From assembly GCA_047495785.1 (NCBI GenBank), contig JBLDXI010000017.1:2356001-2420000 (forward strand): 64,000 bases of DNA. Direction: 5' to 3'. The number at the start of each line of letters is the position of its first letter. Position 1 is the first letter of the stretch. This document shows positions 49,486 to 62,600 of the stretch, in pieces. This DNA is from Lepidodermella squamata (taxonomy: Eukaryota; Animalia; Gastrotricha). The notes beneath the pieces are model-generated. The model was not told where the DNA came from. It worked only from the letters and a program-made list of their open reading frames with translations, and made no database searches. Both the position numbers and the translations under genes were made by a program.

Positions 49486-51798
49486 GGAGAAATGAAAATG
49501 AAAACAGCAGCTTGAAAATTTAATTAGGTTTTTTTGCTGCTTTATCTCAACTGAGCTTTCGGCTAGTATGTACTCATTTTAAAATTGGGATTGGTTTACC
49601 GGACGAGTCACTTTGTTTACAGTTTGCTATTATCATCGGCAGACATCTAATTTGTTAATTTTATTTTCAAAAATCATTTCGCAGGCAGAGAGTTAGATTC
49701 CTGGTTATTTATAGCTTATAGTGGGGCATGCTCTATTTGCGATGAACCACGCAGTCGAGTGTATTGTGCGTCAAGATGGGACACTGCTATGGATCCTTGT
49801 TGCCTTGGTCCATTTTGTGGCTGCCTTTCGAGTGGATCACGAATAATGGGCATGCCTACACGTGAAAGATGCCCTCACCACGATATGGGTTATCATTTTC
49901 AGCGAAACCTCTCGTCCGAGACATCTCATGACTTGGCTTGACATAAAACAGTTGTTTATACTGACTCACTTGTTCAGGGGCCAACGCGCCGGGCTAAGCT
50001 CCACCTAGCCAACAATAACGGCGCAGCCAACTCAACGGCGGAGATATCAGAAACAGTTTTTGTTTGCCGTCGCGTGCTCTCGCATTTTGTCATCATTATC
50101 AGCTTGGCCGCGCAGCGATGATGTGCCGTTGTGTCGCTGCTGTCAACCCGCCCATCCGGGAACGGTACACAGTCGCCGTGGCCTTTTCGAGAGCGCCTTA
50201 ATACCCAGGTATTAATATGCAAATGATATGGGTTAGATGAGACCGCCGAGCAGACTACACTATACCTACGCTGAGACACTGCAACTACTGTTTTGTTTGT
50301 TGACAGCGACAACCGTGCTAAAAACCCGAACACGCTGCAGTTTTTCTTACATAGCCGTATCATGGCAGGGCTCTAATTTACAAAACATCCTGGCGACGCT
50401 TTGCCCGGCGCGACAAGCAGGCCCCGCCCTGGTTTCTATCATTGCTAAAAGATGTTTTCTGACGCCACACGACTTTATTGACAGGCAAACAAAGTGATCC
50501 ATACGTTTCACCTAAACGGCTAAACGGCGCGTAATAAGCGCTTGTAATAAAATAACGCATAGTTTTCACGGGGATTTTAACAAGATGCGGTCATTTTTTA
50601 ATTACAAATTCAAGAGACGCCTCTCAGTTTTTGACGTACAGTATCGAAATAACGCGTGTTTGCGGCCATTTACCTTATGGCCGGCAGCAATTACTGCATT
50701 TTCGGGCGGTGTAAAAGGAGAACCCGGAGGAATGCGCGTGTTTGTTATCTTAAAAGATATTTATTAGCCGTAATACCCTCTAGGCCTTTATCCGAAACGT
50801 CGATATGTTTATGAGGCGGTCGAAGTGGCCGTTTTTCCATGCAAGCCGCGCGGCCTGTTACCATCGTAATCGGCCATAATCATTGTCAAACGTAAGCGCC
50901 GCGCGAGTAAATAGTAAATATTGCCAGGTTTTATCAATCTAGCCCGATGTCACGTCGACTTTGGCGTAACCGCATCTCACTGCACACGTGGAAATTTGAC
51001 TTCTGCAATTAACCGACGACGGCGACGGGTTTATTCCGCGCGCAGCCGCATCGCTCCTTGACCTTCAACGCCGGGCACATATGCGCTCGCGCGCGCAGTG
51101 TCAACAGCGATACGAATTGCGCGATTTTATAACCTGTATCGCGCCGCGGCGATCCCATCCGTTCGTTATGTGCGCCCGTTCCTGTTTGGCGAGCATTTAT
51201 CGCCAAGGTGCCCATGCTGGCCCCTGAGTAAACCACTTGACAGGGCGAACCTGACAGGGGTTGGCTCGTGCGCGCTTATGTTCAGCACAGCACAGTTTCG
51301 GAAACCCGCGCCCGTTACCCACCCCCACACGGCCGGCGGGCCGGTAGTCCGACTACTGTCGTCAAGTGCCAGGAGTCGAGCGCGAGGCCATTTGCCGATG
51401 AATTAGCGCGCCGGTGTGTCTCAATTTCTTAGGCCGCGCTTGTGGACCGGAAAATCCCACTGTCGCTTATTTTGTCGGTGGCACCAACTTGGCGTCGGCA
51501 CAGCTTTCGCCGCGCGTGTTTGGTCACGTTCCCCTCTTACTTTTATCTCATCCCGATTTATTTTACTCGAACGCTACAAAACGGTAGTCGCGTATAAACA
51601 ACTCGATTAATTACTTTTGATTTTGCTAGGATTTCCAACATGCTTAGCTGTTGTTATACGTGAAATATGTGACGCAGTTGTTTCGATAATACTCAGAGAT
51701 ACGACACCAGTTGATTATCAAAACTTCGAGTTGAATTGACTCCCAACTGGCATCAGCTAATTTGCAGACTATTTTATACTAATTATTATTCTATTAAA

Positions 51799-54700
51799 AT
51801 GTTTGAAATAACTGCCTTGGTAAGTTCCACCTTAACCATTTAACTGGTTAATGAAACGCGACATTTATGTTTAGCTTCTCGCCCAATTCATTGTACACTG
51901 CTCAGCCTTTCCTACATCGAATTCTCTTTCGGGCAATGCCGGCGCCGGTCGGCACGACTTGTTTCGCCCCGAACCCGCAGCGCACGAACCAGGCCGGTTG
52001 CACGCCGTTCGGGTACCAGCTGCGCCACCAGCAGGCGACGCCATAAAAGCTGGCGCGTTTTCTGACGAAACTTTCGACGCAGTAGATGGCGAGGATGCCG
52101 CTACAAATACGAAGTTTTTCGCTGATCACTTCATCCATCCGTCGAAGTGAGATTTATTTGAAAAAACATGGTTTGATTAGCATTGTTTACATTGAACAGG
52201 TTAAAACATGGCAGCGATAAGCGAGGCGTCGTACACGTGACGGTACCTGACGCAGATGCGTCGACAAAACAGCCGCATCACGTCCACCACCACCTGCACC
52301 AGCCGATGCCGTCCAAGTCGAAATTTCATTGGGCGAACAAACATTCGACAACGCCACAATGGCAAACAGCGACGCCCTCGACGCCGCCGTCGACTCAGGC
52401 GCCTACTACAACGCAAAAACAGGCTGTAGCACTGCCAGGAGCTGGGCCTTCATGGCTTGTCGATGACTGGGATGATGATGACGACGATGATGGCATGACA
52501 CCCGAGACCGCCGTGAAATTGGAACCAGTTGTTCCCGTGACGACAACTACAGCTGCGCCTGAGACTGTGCCAACTTTACCGCCAACTGTTGCGACAGCGG
52601 CGCCGGTCATGGTCCCGCCTGTTTCTTACGAAATTAATAATTCGAAGATGAAAACGCCGAAACATGGCACGGGTCACTTGCTAGAACCCGACCACAGTTA
52701 CTCAATCTTCGACATTCCCACTGGTAGCGCTACTGAGAGCCCCTTTACTGGTGCAAAGCATAAGATTCATCAACCAGCGGCTCCATTGCCAATGGACATA
52801 GTTAAACCCGCAATACTACAAAAGCCGACGTCGTTCCATTTTCCAAGCAGTAACTTGAAAATGCTGAATTTAGACGCCGGGGAAGATGAGCCGGGCAAAA
52901 CCAATTTCCACGGTGGTATGATGCGGCCAGATAGTGACATCGCCGATCACGTGACCGATGATGAGCGGCTTCATCTTGGTATGGAGCTGGACGGCGCCGT
53001 GGGGTCTGACATTTTACCTGGTACCCGCCATTTCCCGGGAATGGTCGAGACAAAACACGCGCGAGTTGACGAGCAGCCGTATTTTCACAGCAAAACCGAC
53101 TATCTTGAAATGCCGCATGCGTTTCCAACTCGAGAAACTGAACTAGCGACGTCTCTACCTCCGCTGACAGATGACACCGATGATTTACAGCCGATGTTAT
53201 CTGCTGGACCGGGTGGCGATACTTTTGTTCTGAAGATTCCGGACGAAGGTAGCGCTGGATTGGGTGCTGCTGATTTAGTGCCGATTGTCAGCCCTGTTTC
53301 GAGTCATCGAAAAGCACACGAATCAAGCATCAAGCCGGAACTGGCGAAACCAGCTCATTTCCAAACAACAGGTGCGACTTTTTCCCATTTTATTCCATTT
53401 TGTTTATAATCTTTTTCGATATTTAGCGGCTCCTTATTTGAGGACTGAGTCTTCATTCCGCAGACCTGTTACTGACTCAGACGGTGGAATTATGCCCCAG
53501 TTTACGGCATCGACAGCTCCACCGATGCCGATTGTTGATGAGGGCGACTCGGCAGTTGGCTGGTCTGAATGGAAAATTAAGAACCACTGCTCTCGCTCGT
53601 GTGGCATGGGCATCGAAATGTATGAGAGGTTTTGCCAGATGCCAAGTGGCTGCGGGAATTCGTCGACAATTCGCTACAAATCTTGCGGTCTTACCGTATG
53701 CGCGACCCCGAGTTCCGACGCGACAACTGCCACCGATGACCCTACTCCACATGGCGCTGCGACGTATTCGTCACTGGCTTATTCAAGCCGGCATCGGCAA
53801 TGCTCGCAGTATAACACGCAGCCATTTGACGGGCTCTTCTACGAGTGGACACCGTACTACACTACAACAGGGCAGTGCGAGCTATTCTGCCTGGCTAAGT
53901 CTGCGAATTTCTACCACAAATTTGCCGATCAGGTCGAAGATGGCACAGCTTGCGATCCTTACTCAGAATCTTCCGTTTGCATCAATGGTTTGCTTTATTT
54001 AATAATCAAAAAATTAGTGTCCTTAACATTACATTTATATAGGGAAGTGCCATCCTGTTGGCTGCGATAACATCGTTGGTTCGAAGTTGAAACGCGATCG
54101 ATGCGGCGTGTGCGGTGGCTTGAACGAATCTTGCAACGCTTTTGATGGGCTAGTTTTAAGTGGCGATTTTACTCTCGGTTATCATGACATCATCCGGCTG
54201 CCGATTGGCGCCACCAACATTTTCGTGCATGAGATGGCGCCGAGCATCAACAACTTGGCGCTGCATCTCGAGTCGGGCGAATACGTGTTGAATGGTGACT
54301 ACCACATTGGCCTTTCAAAGAAGGTCTTCGCTGGAAATGTCCTGTTCATCTACGTCCATAACGATAAGCAGGAAGAATCCCTATACGCCGAGGGCCCTCT
54401 TACAGAACCTGTTATCGTCGCGATGCTCTATCAAAGTAATAAAGAATTTCTTAATTCAAAAGCTATAATTTCATATCCTATTTTTAAGGTGACCATGTTA
54501 ATATTCACTACGAATACTCATTGCCAAAACCTGGTTTCGAAGCGAGAACTCCAGCCTACGCTCATGGACCCTCTGCTACAGCCCCGGTTCCTGTCGAAAA
54601 GGTTCCAGTTGCTCATTTAAAAGAAGTGCCGCCCATGTTTAAGATGGCAGCCACTACTACCCCAGCTGAGGTTGTGACAAAAGCGCCGGCGAAGGTCTAC

Positions 54701-57700
54701 AACTGGATGGCTGGTGACTGGTCGGCCTGCAGCGTGACTTGCGGCACTGGTAACCGACTTCGCGTAGTCACTTGCATCGACTCAGTCACTGGCACCGTTG
54801 TCAGCGACGATTTATGTCCGGCCGCCTCTCGGTTGGAGAATGTCGAAAAATGTCACATGGAGAGCTGCACCGTTCGCTGGAAGGTTGGCGAATGGTCGGC
54901 TTGTTCGAAGAGCTGCGGCGCCGGCGGTGTTCAACGGCGAACAGTTGAATGCGTCGAATTCGCTTGGCCTAACCTGCCGACAGTATCTATCGAACTCTGC
55001 GAACGCCTTGGTCAGCTGAAGCCTCCGAGCGAGCAGCCATGCCATGGCGTTGGCAAGGAGTGCCCAGTTTGGGTCACCGGCGATTGGACATCCTGCCAAT
55101 CAGTATGCGGCGACGGCAATCAAACGCGTACAGTTTCTTGCTCAGTCGCGGATGAAACGTTATGTGAAAACGGCACAAAGCCAATGGCGGTTCGAAAGTG
55201 CCACGGTCGGCCTTGTAACTTCATGGTAGACTGGATTGTCTCGGCTTGGTCACCTTGCGTCGACTCGTGTGGTGGCGGTGTTTCCACGCGAAAAGTTCGT
55301 TGCGCAACTCCGAAAGGTCAACAACAACCGAGCACGTTCTGCCGATTCAAGCCACGCCCGTCCCATCTTCGAAAGTGCCAGCCTAACGAAAATCTGTGCC
55401 GACCTCGCTGGACTGCGGGAGCGTGGAGTAACTGTTCGGCAGCGTGTGGCACAGGTGTTCAAACTCGCTCTGTTGTCTGCGTCCATGTCCAGCAAGAGGT
55501 GCCGTATGCCCTAGAGGACGAGTACTGCCACGAAACTCGGCCTGAATCCGAGCAGATCTGCAACGGAACTTCTTGTGGCTACACCTGGTTCATTGGGCCT
55601 TGGACAGCTTGTTCGGCGACTTGCGGAACCGGGCACCGAACTCGAACGGTTCTTTGCATTGATGCAGCAGGGGAGCAGATCGAAGGCAAAAACTGCCCTC
55701 AAGACTCGAAACCGCACTACAGGCAAAAGTGCGAAGCGCCAATCAAGCATTGCAGCTTGAAAACCACGGAGCATTCATCGCCGTCACCCGGCTCGCCGAG
55801 CATCTCCTCGCTTCAGCAGAAAGCGATTCAACACAGTCGAGGTGACTGCTCGACAGAAGACTACGGCTGTTGTCCGGATGGCTTGACCCCGGCAACTGGG
55901 CCATTCAATGCAGGATGCCCAAACACAACTTGCGCGGATAGCCGTTTCGGCTGCTGCCCAGACTCTGTCGTACCTGCTTTGGGACCTAACGGTGAGGGGT
56001 GCCCAAGTGTTAGCGCTGCATTCGCCGACTGTGCTGAGTCAATGTTTGGCTGCTGCCCTGATGGTCTGACGCCGGCTAAGGGTCTCGACCTTCGCGGTTG
56101 TGACGGTCTATGCCATGATACCAGGTTCGGGTGTTGCCCAGATAACATTCACCCGGCAGCTGGGGTTAATTTCGAAAACTGTCCTGGTTTGAACTGTTCT
56201 GAGTCCCAGTTCGGTTGCTGCCCTGATGGCGTCAGACCAGCCCCGGCTCCGGATGGCAAGGGCTGCCCATTAGATGGACTAGATGGCGTAGCGGTGAAAG
56301 CTGATATTGTGCTGGCAATAACACAAGAGGTTGATGTTTTGACTACGACCACCCGAGCACCGAAATCGACTGCAAAGTCAACCACTACGACCGAGGCAAC
56401 TACTACGACAGAGCCATCAACAACGACAACTACTACTACTACTACGACAACAACTACTACGACTACAACTACTGCACCTACTACTTCTACGACTACGACA
56501 ACTGAAGCTACAACCACTACAACAGAACCGACAACGACAACTGAGGAGATTACTACGACAACGACAGAAGAAATGACTACGCCTTATAATCCAAAGGTGA
56601 ATGAAGACGAAATGCGCACGCCTGAGGTCGAGGAAGAGCCTGAAGAGTCGTCTTGCTCCACCTCAGAATACGGTTGCTGCCCAGACGGAGAGACTTCTGC
56701 TCGAGGTCCTGGCATGGAAGGCTGCCCTGACGTCCAAGGAAACTGTTTGACATCGAACTATGGCTGTTGCGACGACGGTGTAACAAGCGCAACTGGCCCT
56801 GAGGGTGAGGGTTGCCCCGAGAATACTGAGGGTGAGCCTGAGGAAGAGGGCGAGGACGGCGAACCTGAACACAGCGGCCACGAACCAGCTCCATTGGAGA
56901 TCGAAGAAAATAACGAGTTAATTACGACTCGAGCTATGCCGGATAAGGGCTTTGACAGTTCACTTGAATCGGGGTATCTTACTAGCAGTGGCTACGCCCC
57001 AGTCGATGAATTTGCTTCCGAACCGAGTACCACCGAAACTCCACAAGCTATCCACATTGATATCGCATCCTCGGCCACAACGGCACCAGCAGAGGAGGTA
57101 GGAAAATTTTGTAAAATATTGGTACAGTTTAATTATAATTTATTTTATTCCTAGCCCGCATGTCGCAGTGAGCGCTACGGCTGCTGTCCGGACGGCAGGT
57201 CTACGGCCCAAGGTCCCAACCTCGAAGGCTGTATTGTCAACTGCACGGCGCCTTACGAGTCTGGCGAATGTGAAACTCACGAGCTGGCATGGTACTACGA
57301 CGGGGTTCATGGCGTGTGCGCTCGTTTCTGGTATTCCGGCTGCGGCGGTAACACGAATCGATTCGCAACCGAAGAACACTGCAAAGCTAAGTGTGTACAG
57401 CCGTCAAGCGGAGTCGAACGCTGCTTACTCCCTGCTATTCGTGGCCCATGTAACCGCCAGACTGACAAGGAGTGGCACTACTTCGATGTTGACACCATGT
57501 CGTGCCGGCCGTTTGAATATGGCGGCTGTAATGGGAATAACAATCGCTTCGAATCGAAGGAACACTGCGAGGAGCACTGCGTTGAAGCTGTCAAGCAAGA
57601 GATCTGCTCGCAGCCTGCCCATACCGGACCGTGTCGAGCCGCTGTTCGCCGCTGGTTTTTCAACATGCATGAGAATCGATGCCAGACTTTCACGTACGGA

Positions 57701-60386
57701 GGTTGTGAGGGCAATATGAATCGATTCGCCTCGGCTGATGCTTGCCACTCGTTGTGCGGAGGCGAGCGGCCTGATCGCAATCCCCACTCTCCCTCGGTCA
57801 GCGCGATCAAAGCCTTGGCTAGGTCAAAATCTGACGACAGACGCTGCTCCGAGCCCAAAATGACAGGACCCTGTAAGGCGCATAATAAGCGATGGTTCTA
57901 CGACTCGGACACTGCGACTTGCCGGCGTTTCGTCTACGGCGGTTGTCAAGGTAATGGCAACAACTTCGCCACAGTTGAAGATTGTCAGAAGGTATGCGGT
58001 GGTAAGGCTGAGAAATCGGCCGAAACAGCCCCGAAAAAGAAGCCCCTTCGTGCCAATCACCCAGCCTGTCTCCTCGCGGCTGACCCAGGTCCGTGCAGCG
58101 AACATGTCGCCCGCTTTCATTACGATGCAGAGGCACAGCGTTGCCAAACTTTCTGGTTCGGAGGTTGTGGTGGAAATCAAAACAACTTCCCCGATGAAAA
58201 GCATTGCGAGTCTGTCTGCAAACCAGACGAAGCAGCTGCTGAAATCGCTTACGATGATGGCGATGACGAGGAGGAGGAGGATGACGAGCTTGAAGATGAA
58301 GTTGCAGTCGACACTGGTGTTGCTCCAACCGAAGAAACCCGTCCGGAAGATCCGCCTCGAAAAATCATCCAAGAGAGTGTTGTTGCAGATACGGCAACAG
58401 CGGCACCTTACGATTCAGAGGACGATCCGTTGGACTGCCTTGAAGACTTCTCATACGGCGATTGTTCCGAACATGTTGAAGTCTGGTCTTTCGACCAATC
58501 TGCTGTAGAATGCGTTCGTCGTGACTACAGCGGTTGTGGCGGGACAGCTAATCGCTTCTTGTCTCGAGAGTCGTGTCACAGGACTTGTATCGAGTCGTCG
58601 CGAGCCCAGCAACGACAGACTACCCCAATCGCAATCGACGACGGCGGTTCAGGCGCGTACGATGACCGAAATCGCGACCATCGCGAATTGGTTGCGCAGG
58701 TTGTTGAAGCGTGCAATTTGCCACGCGCGACTGGCACATGCTCGAAATCGCTCCTCAGGTTCTTCTACGACCCTAGCCTCGACGCCTGCCGGCCATTTTT
58801 CTACACTGGCTGTGACGGTAATGATAACAACTTCGTTAGTGAAGCCGAGTGTCTGCGGACCTGCCTTCGCGATTCTACTGGGGAGAAGTTGAAGGAACTC
58901 CGTGAAACTGAGGACTGCTTCCAGTTACCTGATCAAGGACCTTGCGACGGCCAAATGCTGCGCTGGTACTTTGATTTCGAACACGACCGGCGGTGCAAGA
59001 CCTTTTACTACGGCGGGTGTGGCGGCGGAAAGAATAACTTTGCTGCCCATGACGATTGCACGGCGTTCTGCTCGCAAGCTAAATGCCCATCTCTCAATCG
59101 ATGCGCTCTGGCTTCCACAGCTGGAGCGTGTCCTTATGGTCTACTGGTCGACGCCAACGGCTGCGAGCTCTGCCAATGCCACGACCCGTGTCAACGGACG
59201 CAATGTGCGACAAACGAAGTTTGCAAGGTCACGGCTAGCGAAGGGAAATACGTCGGCAGTTGCGAGCCAGAACCAGAGTCAGATTCTTGCTCCGAGTCTG
59301 ACTACGGCTGCTGTCCGGATGGAGTCACCCTATCGCAAACGCCCGATCATAGCGACTGCCCTGAGATGCCGCCAAGAATCGTGACTACTGGTCCTACGCA
59401 TTTCGAGCTTGCAGAGGGTGAAACAATCACGCTTCACTGTAAAGCTCGAGGCTCGCCCACCCCCGAGATTGTTTGGTACAAAAACTGGCGCCACATTTCC
59501 TACAATGCGGAATTATCTAGTCGGTTACAAAACCTGCCAACCGGAGCTTTGGTAATTCCGAACGTAACCGCTAGCGATTCCGGCAATTACACGTGCCGCG
59601 CTCATAACAGTGTTGACAACGATGTTCCTGATGAAGAGAGCAGTACCAGGACTTACGAGGTTCTTGTTCTTGTCCCGGCTAAAATCACAAGCCGTGCTGA
59701 TCAAGGCGTTGTCGCAAAGCTTGGCTCAACAGTCGTGCTACCCTGCACTGCAGATGGTAGTCCAACGCCGGAAATTCGCTGGCATTTCGGGGAGAATGTA
59801 TGTATCCTTAAAGCATGTATCAATAATCCATCATGTTATTCTCATTTCTAGCTTGTAAAATCTGATATTCCGGATGTCCAACAGACCCCCGAGGGTCTGC
59901 GGATAGGTCCAGTCGAAACAAGGCACATTGGCACGTACCGCTGCACTGCTGAGAATACAAATGGCCAAGATGAACGCGTGATTCGGGTTGATATGGAGGC
60001 CTCGCTAAGAGTCCGAATTCAGCCTCATAATATCAGTTACCAGGTCGGTGGTGAGCTGACACTGACCTGCGAGGGCTCAGGATTCCCACGGCCTAGGCTG
60101 CGGTGGCAGAAGAATGGCGGCCACCTGAAACAGTGAGTTTTTTCTAAAATTTTGTTCTATTCAGCATTATCCTTTGTTTAAATTTAGTGCGACTATTGTG
60201 GAGCAAATTTCTGAAATGGGTGTTGTTGCCAAGCTGACAATCGATTCGCTGCAAGTATCAGACTCCGGCAACTACATCTGCACAGCTAACAACGGCCATG
60301 AAGAGGAACGGCAACAAACCGCAATCAGGGTCAAACAAGCAGGTCAGAATCAACACCATTTTTATTGGCTACAAAATAATCATTGA
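51799..60386 (+). CDS. Ppn: Papilin (ADAMTS-like ECM protein): signal peptide, long low-complexity N-terminus, TSR + Cys-rich + spacer, 6 more TSRs, 9 GCCPDG-type repeats, mucin stretch, 8 Kunitz, antistasin-like module, 3 Ig; 3' end uncertain
   Basis: The signal peptide MFEITAL|LLAQFIVHCSA is split by an intron. Papilin cassette motifs (CSRSCGMG, VEDGTAC, VGCDNIVGSKLKRDRCGVCGG), WSACSVTCG TSRs, YGGCxGNxNxF Kunitz domains and Ig motifs (DSGNYTC) are all joined by phase-compatible introns. No PLAC domain is seen in the window. Confidence 0.92.
56342..56581 (+). repeat. (ACN)n poly-threonine mucin-like coding repeat inside papilin
   Basis: Mixed ACT/ACA/ACG/ACC run encoding TTTTEATTTTEPSTTTTTT... 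Confidence 0.9.
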
Positions 60387-60478
60387 TTGACAAAAAAGAG
60401 AGAAAAATTCACCGCATAAAATCAGCAAAAAAACCACCGATTATCATTCGCAATCACAATAACAACAAAAAAAGCAAG

Positions 60479-61383
60479 TCACAGCGCTTTCTTTTTGCGC
60501 GGGGGAGGTTTGCTTGATGATTCGGTAACGGGATTTGACGAGGCACTCGAGCTAGGCAGAGTAGCTGCCGACGCTTGATTGGTAGCTGCCGATTGATGTG
60601 GGCTATTCTGCTGATTGTTTGTGGCAGTGTCGTGACTTTTGCAACCAGTAGGGCTGCTAGGCTTCGGAATTGCATCGCTGAATCGCGGAAGTATTGCACT
60701 TAGACTCTAAATAGCGAAATTCAGGTTAAGATGAAGTGCTCAACTTAGCTAAATCAAAATACCGTAGAAATTGCAACTTCCGCGCTAGAAGGGTAGTAAT
60801 TAGCACTTTTAGAAAACAAATTTTCGTCGAATTTCTCGCATTTTCGCTTAGGCCACTGCTTCAGCTGGCCGTACTGAATTCGGTACTCGGCCAGCTCTTC
60901 ATCCCTCTCGCGAATCAGTTTCTTGAGATCATTCTCGCGCTTATTAAAGGCAAAACATGCAGTTGCGAAAGGCACTAAAACTGATAGTAAATCATTTGCC
61001 GCTTGCAGGGTCATTTCCCATGAAATCCCTTCCAATGAGTCTAGAAAGCTGACATGTATCGTATCATCCGATTTCACCAGTGATTCCACCGTAATGCCAT
61101 CCGATTCGCCAGCTTTTTGTAACATTTGAAGAACTTGGTCAAAAAAGTCGTGAAAATGCTCCTCAATCGCTGGTTCTGAATTATCGATACCATTTTGAAT
61201 ACAAAATTGTTCGATAAAATCAGCGTCTTTAATCGCTAGCCGATACTGACGTCCAGGAGGCGATAGATCCATAATTTCGAAAATGGTCTCCATCCCCATA
61301 TGATTTGCCCGATAGAAACACGGTGATTTCAAACTTCTCGCCAACCCAGGTTGTAAATGCCAATTATTTACGTTATTCGTCAT
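60479..61383 (-). CDS. NHEJ1: XLF/Cernunnos (non-homologous end-joining factor 1)-like, ~282 aa, two exons (61383-60763, 60706-60479)
   Basis: Head domain followed by the XLF coiled-coil pattern (WEMTL...VLVPF...LKKLIRERDEELAEYR...FDENLF). A 56-nt GT-AG intron adds a disordered tail ending PPRKKKAL*, resembling the basic C-terminal Ku-binding motif. Minus-strand AATAAA at 60366-60361. Confidence 0.72.
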
Positions 61384-61502
61384 TTTTAATATCTACCAAA
61401 AAACCACAATTAAGTGAAACAAGCATTCATTCTTCTCGGATAGCAATCGGTCATTTTTAAAAATAAGCTATAATAAACGAAAAACACAAGCAGTAAATAT
61501 TG

Positions 61503-62600
61503 CTATTTTACGCGTTTGAATAGACGATTAGCAAGCCCTACGAATAGCCGCTTTGGAGTGTTTTTCGGCAGCGAAGTGATCAGCTCGCGCGTTCGCTCTA
61601 GGCTTTGCTCTTCGAATCGCGCGTACTCCTCAGGAATGTTCAAATCCGCGAAAATCCGCACGACCGCCGCAACATTCTCCGCGTTTGGTTTGCCATAATT
61701 AGCGTATAACTCATCGGCTTGACGCGGGGTAGCCAACTCCATGGCCCGAACTATCGGCCAAGCGCATTTGTTGTCTTGAATATCGGTGCCAATTTTACCA
61801 GTTATTATAGGATCGCCATAGACGTCGAGATAATCGTCTTGTACTTGGAAATAAATCCCCAAATGAATCAGTAATTCATCGATCACATCCAAAGCTTCCT
61901 TCTCCATTTTAGTCATTGATAGCGTTATGCCCAAGTGGACCGGAAGCAAAAGGGTGTAGAAAGCAGTTTTCCACTTGACAATAGCAGTGTAGGTAGACAT
62001 GGTAAACTTCCTGCAATCGTTGGAAGCATTAGATGTCATTAAATCAATTTCTTGACCATTGATTGTGCGGCGCGTGCAATCGTGGAAAAGCCTCATTAGA
62101 GTCACATAACCGGGATGGTCAGCTAAATACATGTTCAGCAAGGAATAAACTGTCGACTCTAGGAAAAATGCGTCATTAAAAGCTGACAGGCCGACACCTT
62201 CGACCTTGTACCAACAAGGCTGGCCTCGGCGGGTGTTAGAGCCATCCATGATATCATCGGCCACTAGAAAACTAGCTTGCAAAAACTCGACACACCATCC
62301 TAGGACCACGGCGCGCATAAAATCTTCTCCAGAGGGGAAGGGCTTCACAAAACTCCGATAAGCTTCAACAACCAATAGCCCTCGAATCTTCTTGCCATTT
62401 GAAACATTGTACTCCAAAACTTTATGAAATCGATCAAAAACACCTGTACATCTCAGCTCAAGGATTTCATTTTCGGTGCGATCCTCATGAACACTCGCAG
62501 ATATTAGCGTAGGTAGGCAGCGATCAAACACTTCCAAAACACTTTTAGAGCTAGCAACCTTCGAAATCTCGAGCAGTAGTTTGCACTTTTGCAACGACAT
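61503..62600 (-). CDS. FDPS: Farnesyl pyrophosphate synthase family trans-prenyltransferase, intronless CDS, ~365 aa
   Basis: YNVSNGKKIRG, LGWCVEFLQASFLVADDIMD (FARM), RRGQPCWY, GQEID, KWKTAFYT, FQVQDDYLD (SARM), GKIGTDIQDNKC and a basic C-terminus FKRVK. The start is placed at MSLQK (62600), downstream of an acceptor-like TTTTGTTGTAG. Confidence 0.93.
   Translation of the reverse strand: MSLQKCKLLLEISKVASSKSVLEVFDRCLPTLISASVHEDRTENEILELRCTGVFDRFHKVLEYNVSNGKKIRGLLVVEAYRSFVKPFPSGEDFMRAVVLGWCVEFLQASFLVADDIMDGSNTRRGQPCWYKVEGVGLSAFNDAFFLESTVYSLLNMYLADHPGYVTLMRLFHDCTRRTINGQEIDLMTSNASNDCRKFTMSTYTAIVKWKTAFYTLLLPVHLGITLSMTKMEKEALDVIDELLIHLGIYFQVQDDYLDVYGDPIITGKIGTDIQDNKCAWPIVRAMELATPRQADELYANYGKPNAENVAAVVRIFADLNIPEEYARFEEQSLERTRELITSLPKNTPKRLFVGLANRLFKRVK

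Noticed and set aside
56149-56517. Poly-valine ORF on the minus strand
   Set aside because: It is the antisense shadow of the papilin poly-Thr repeat.
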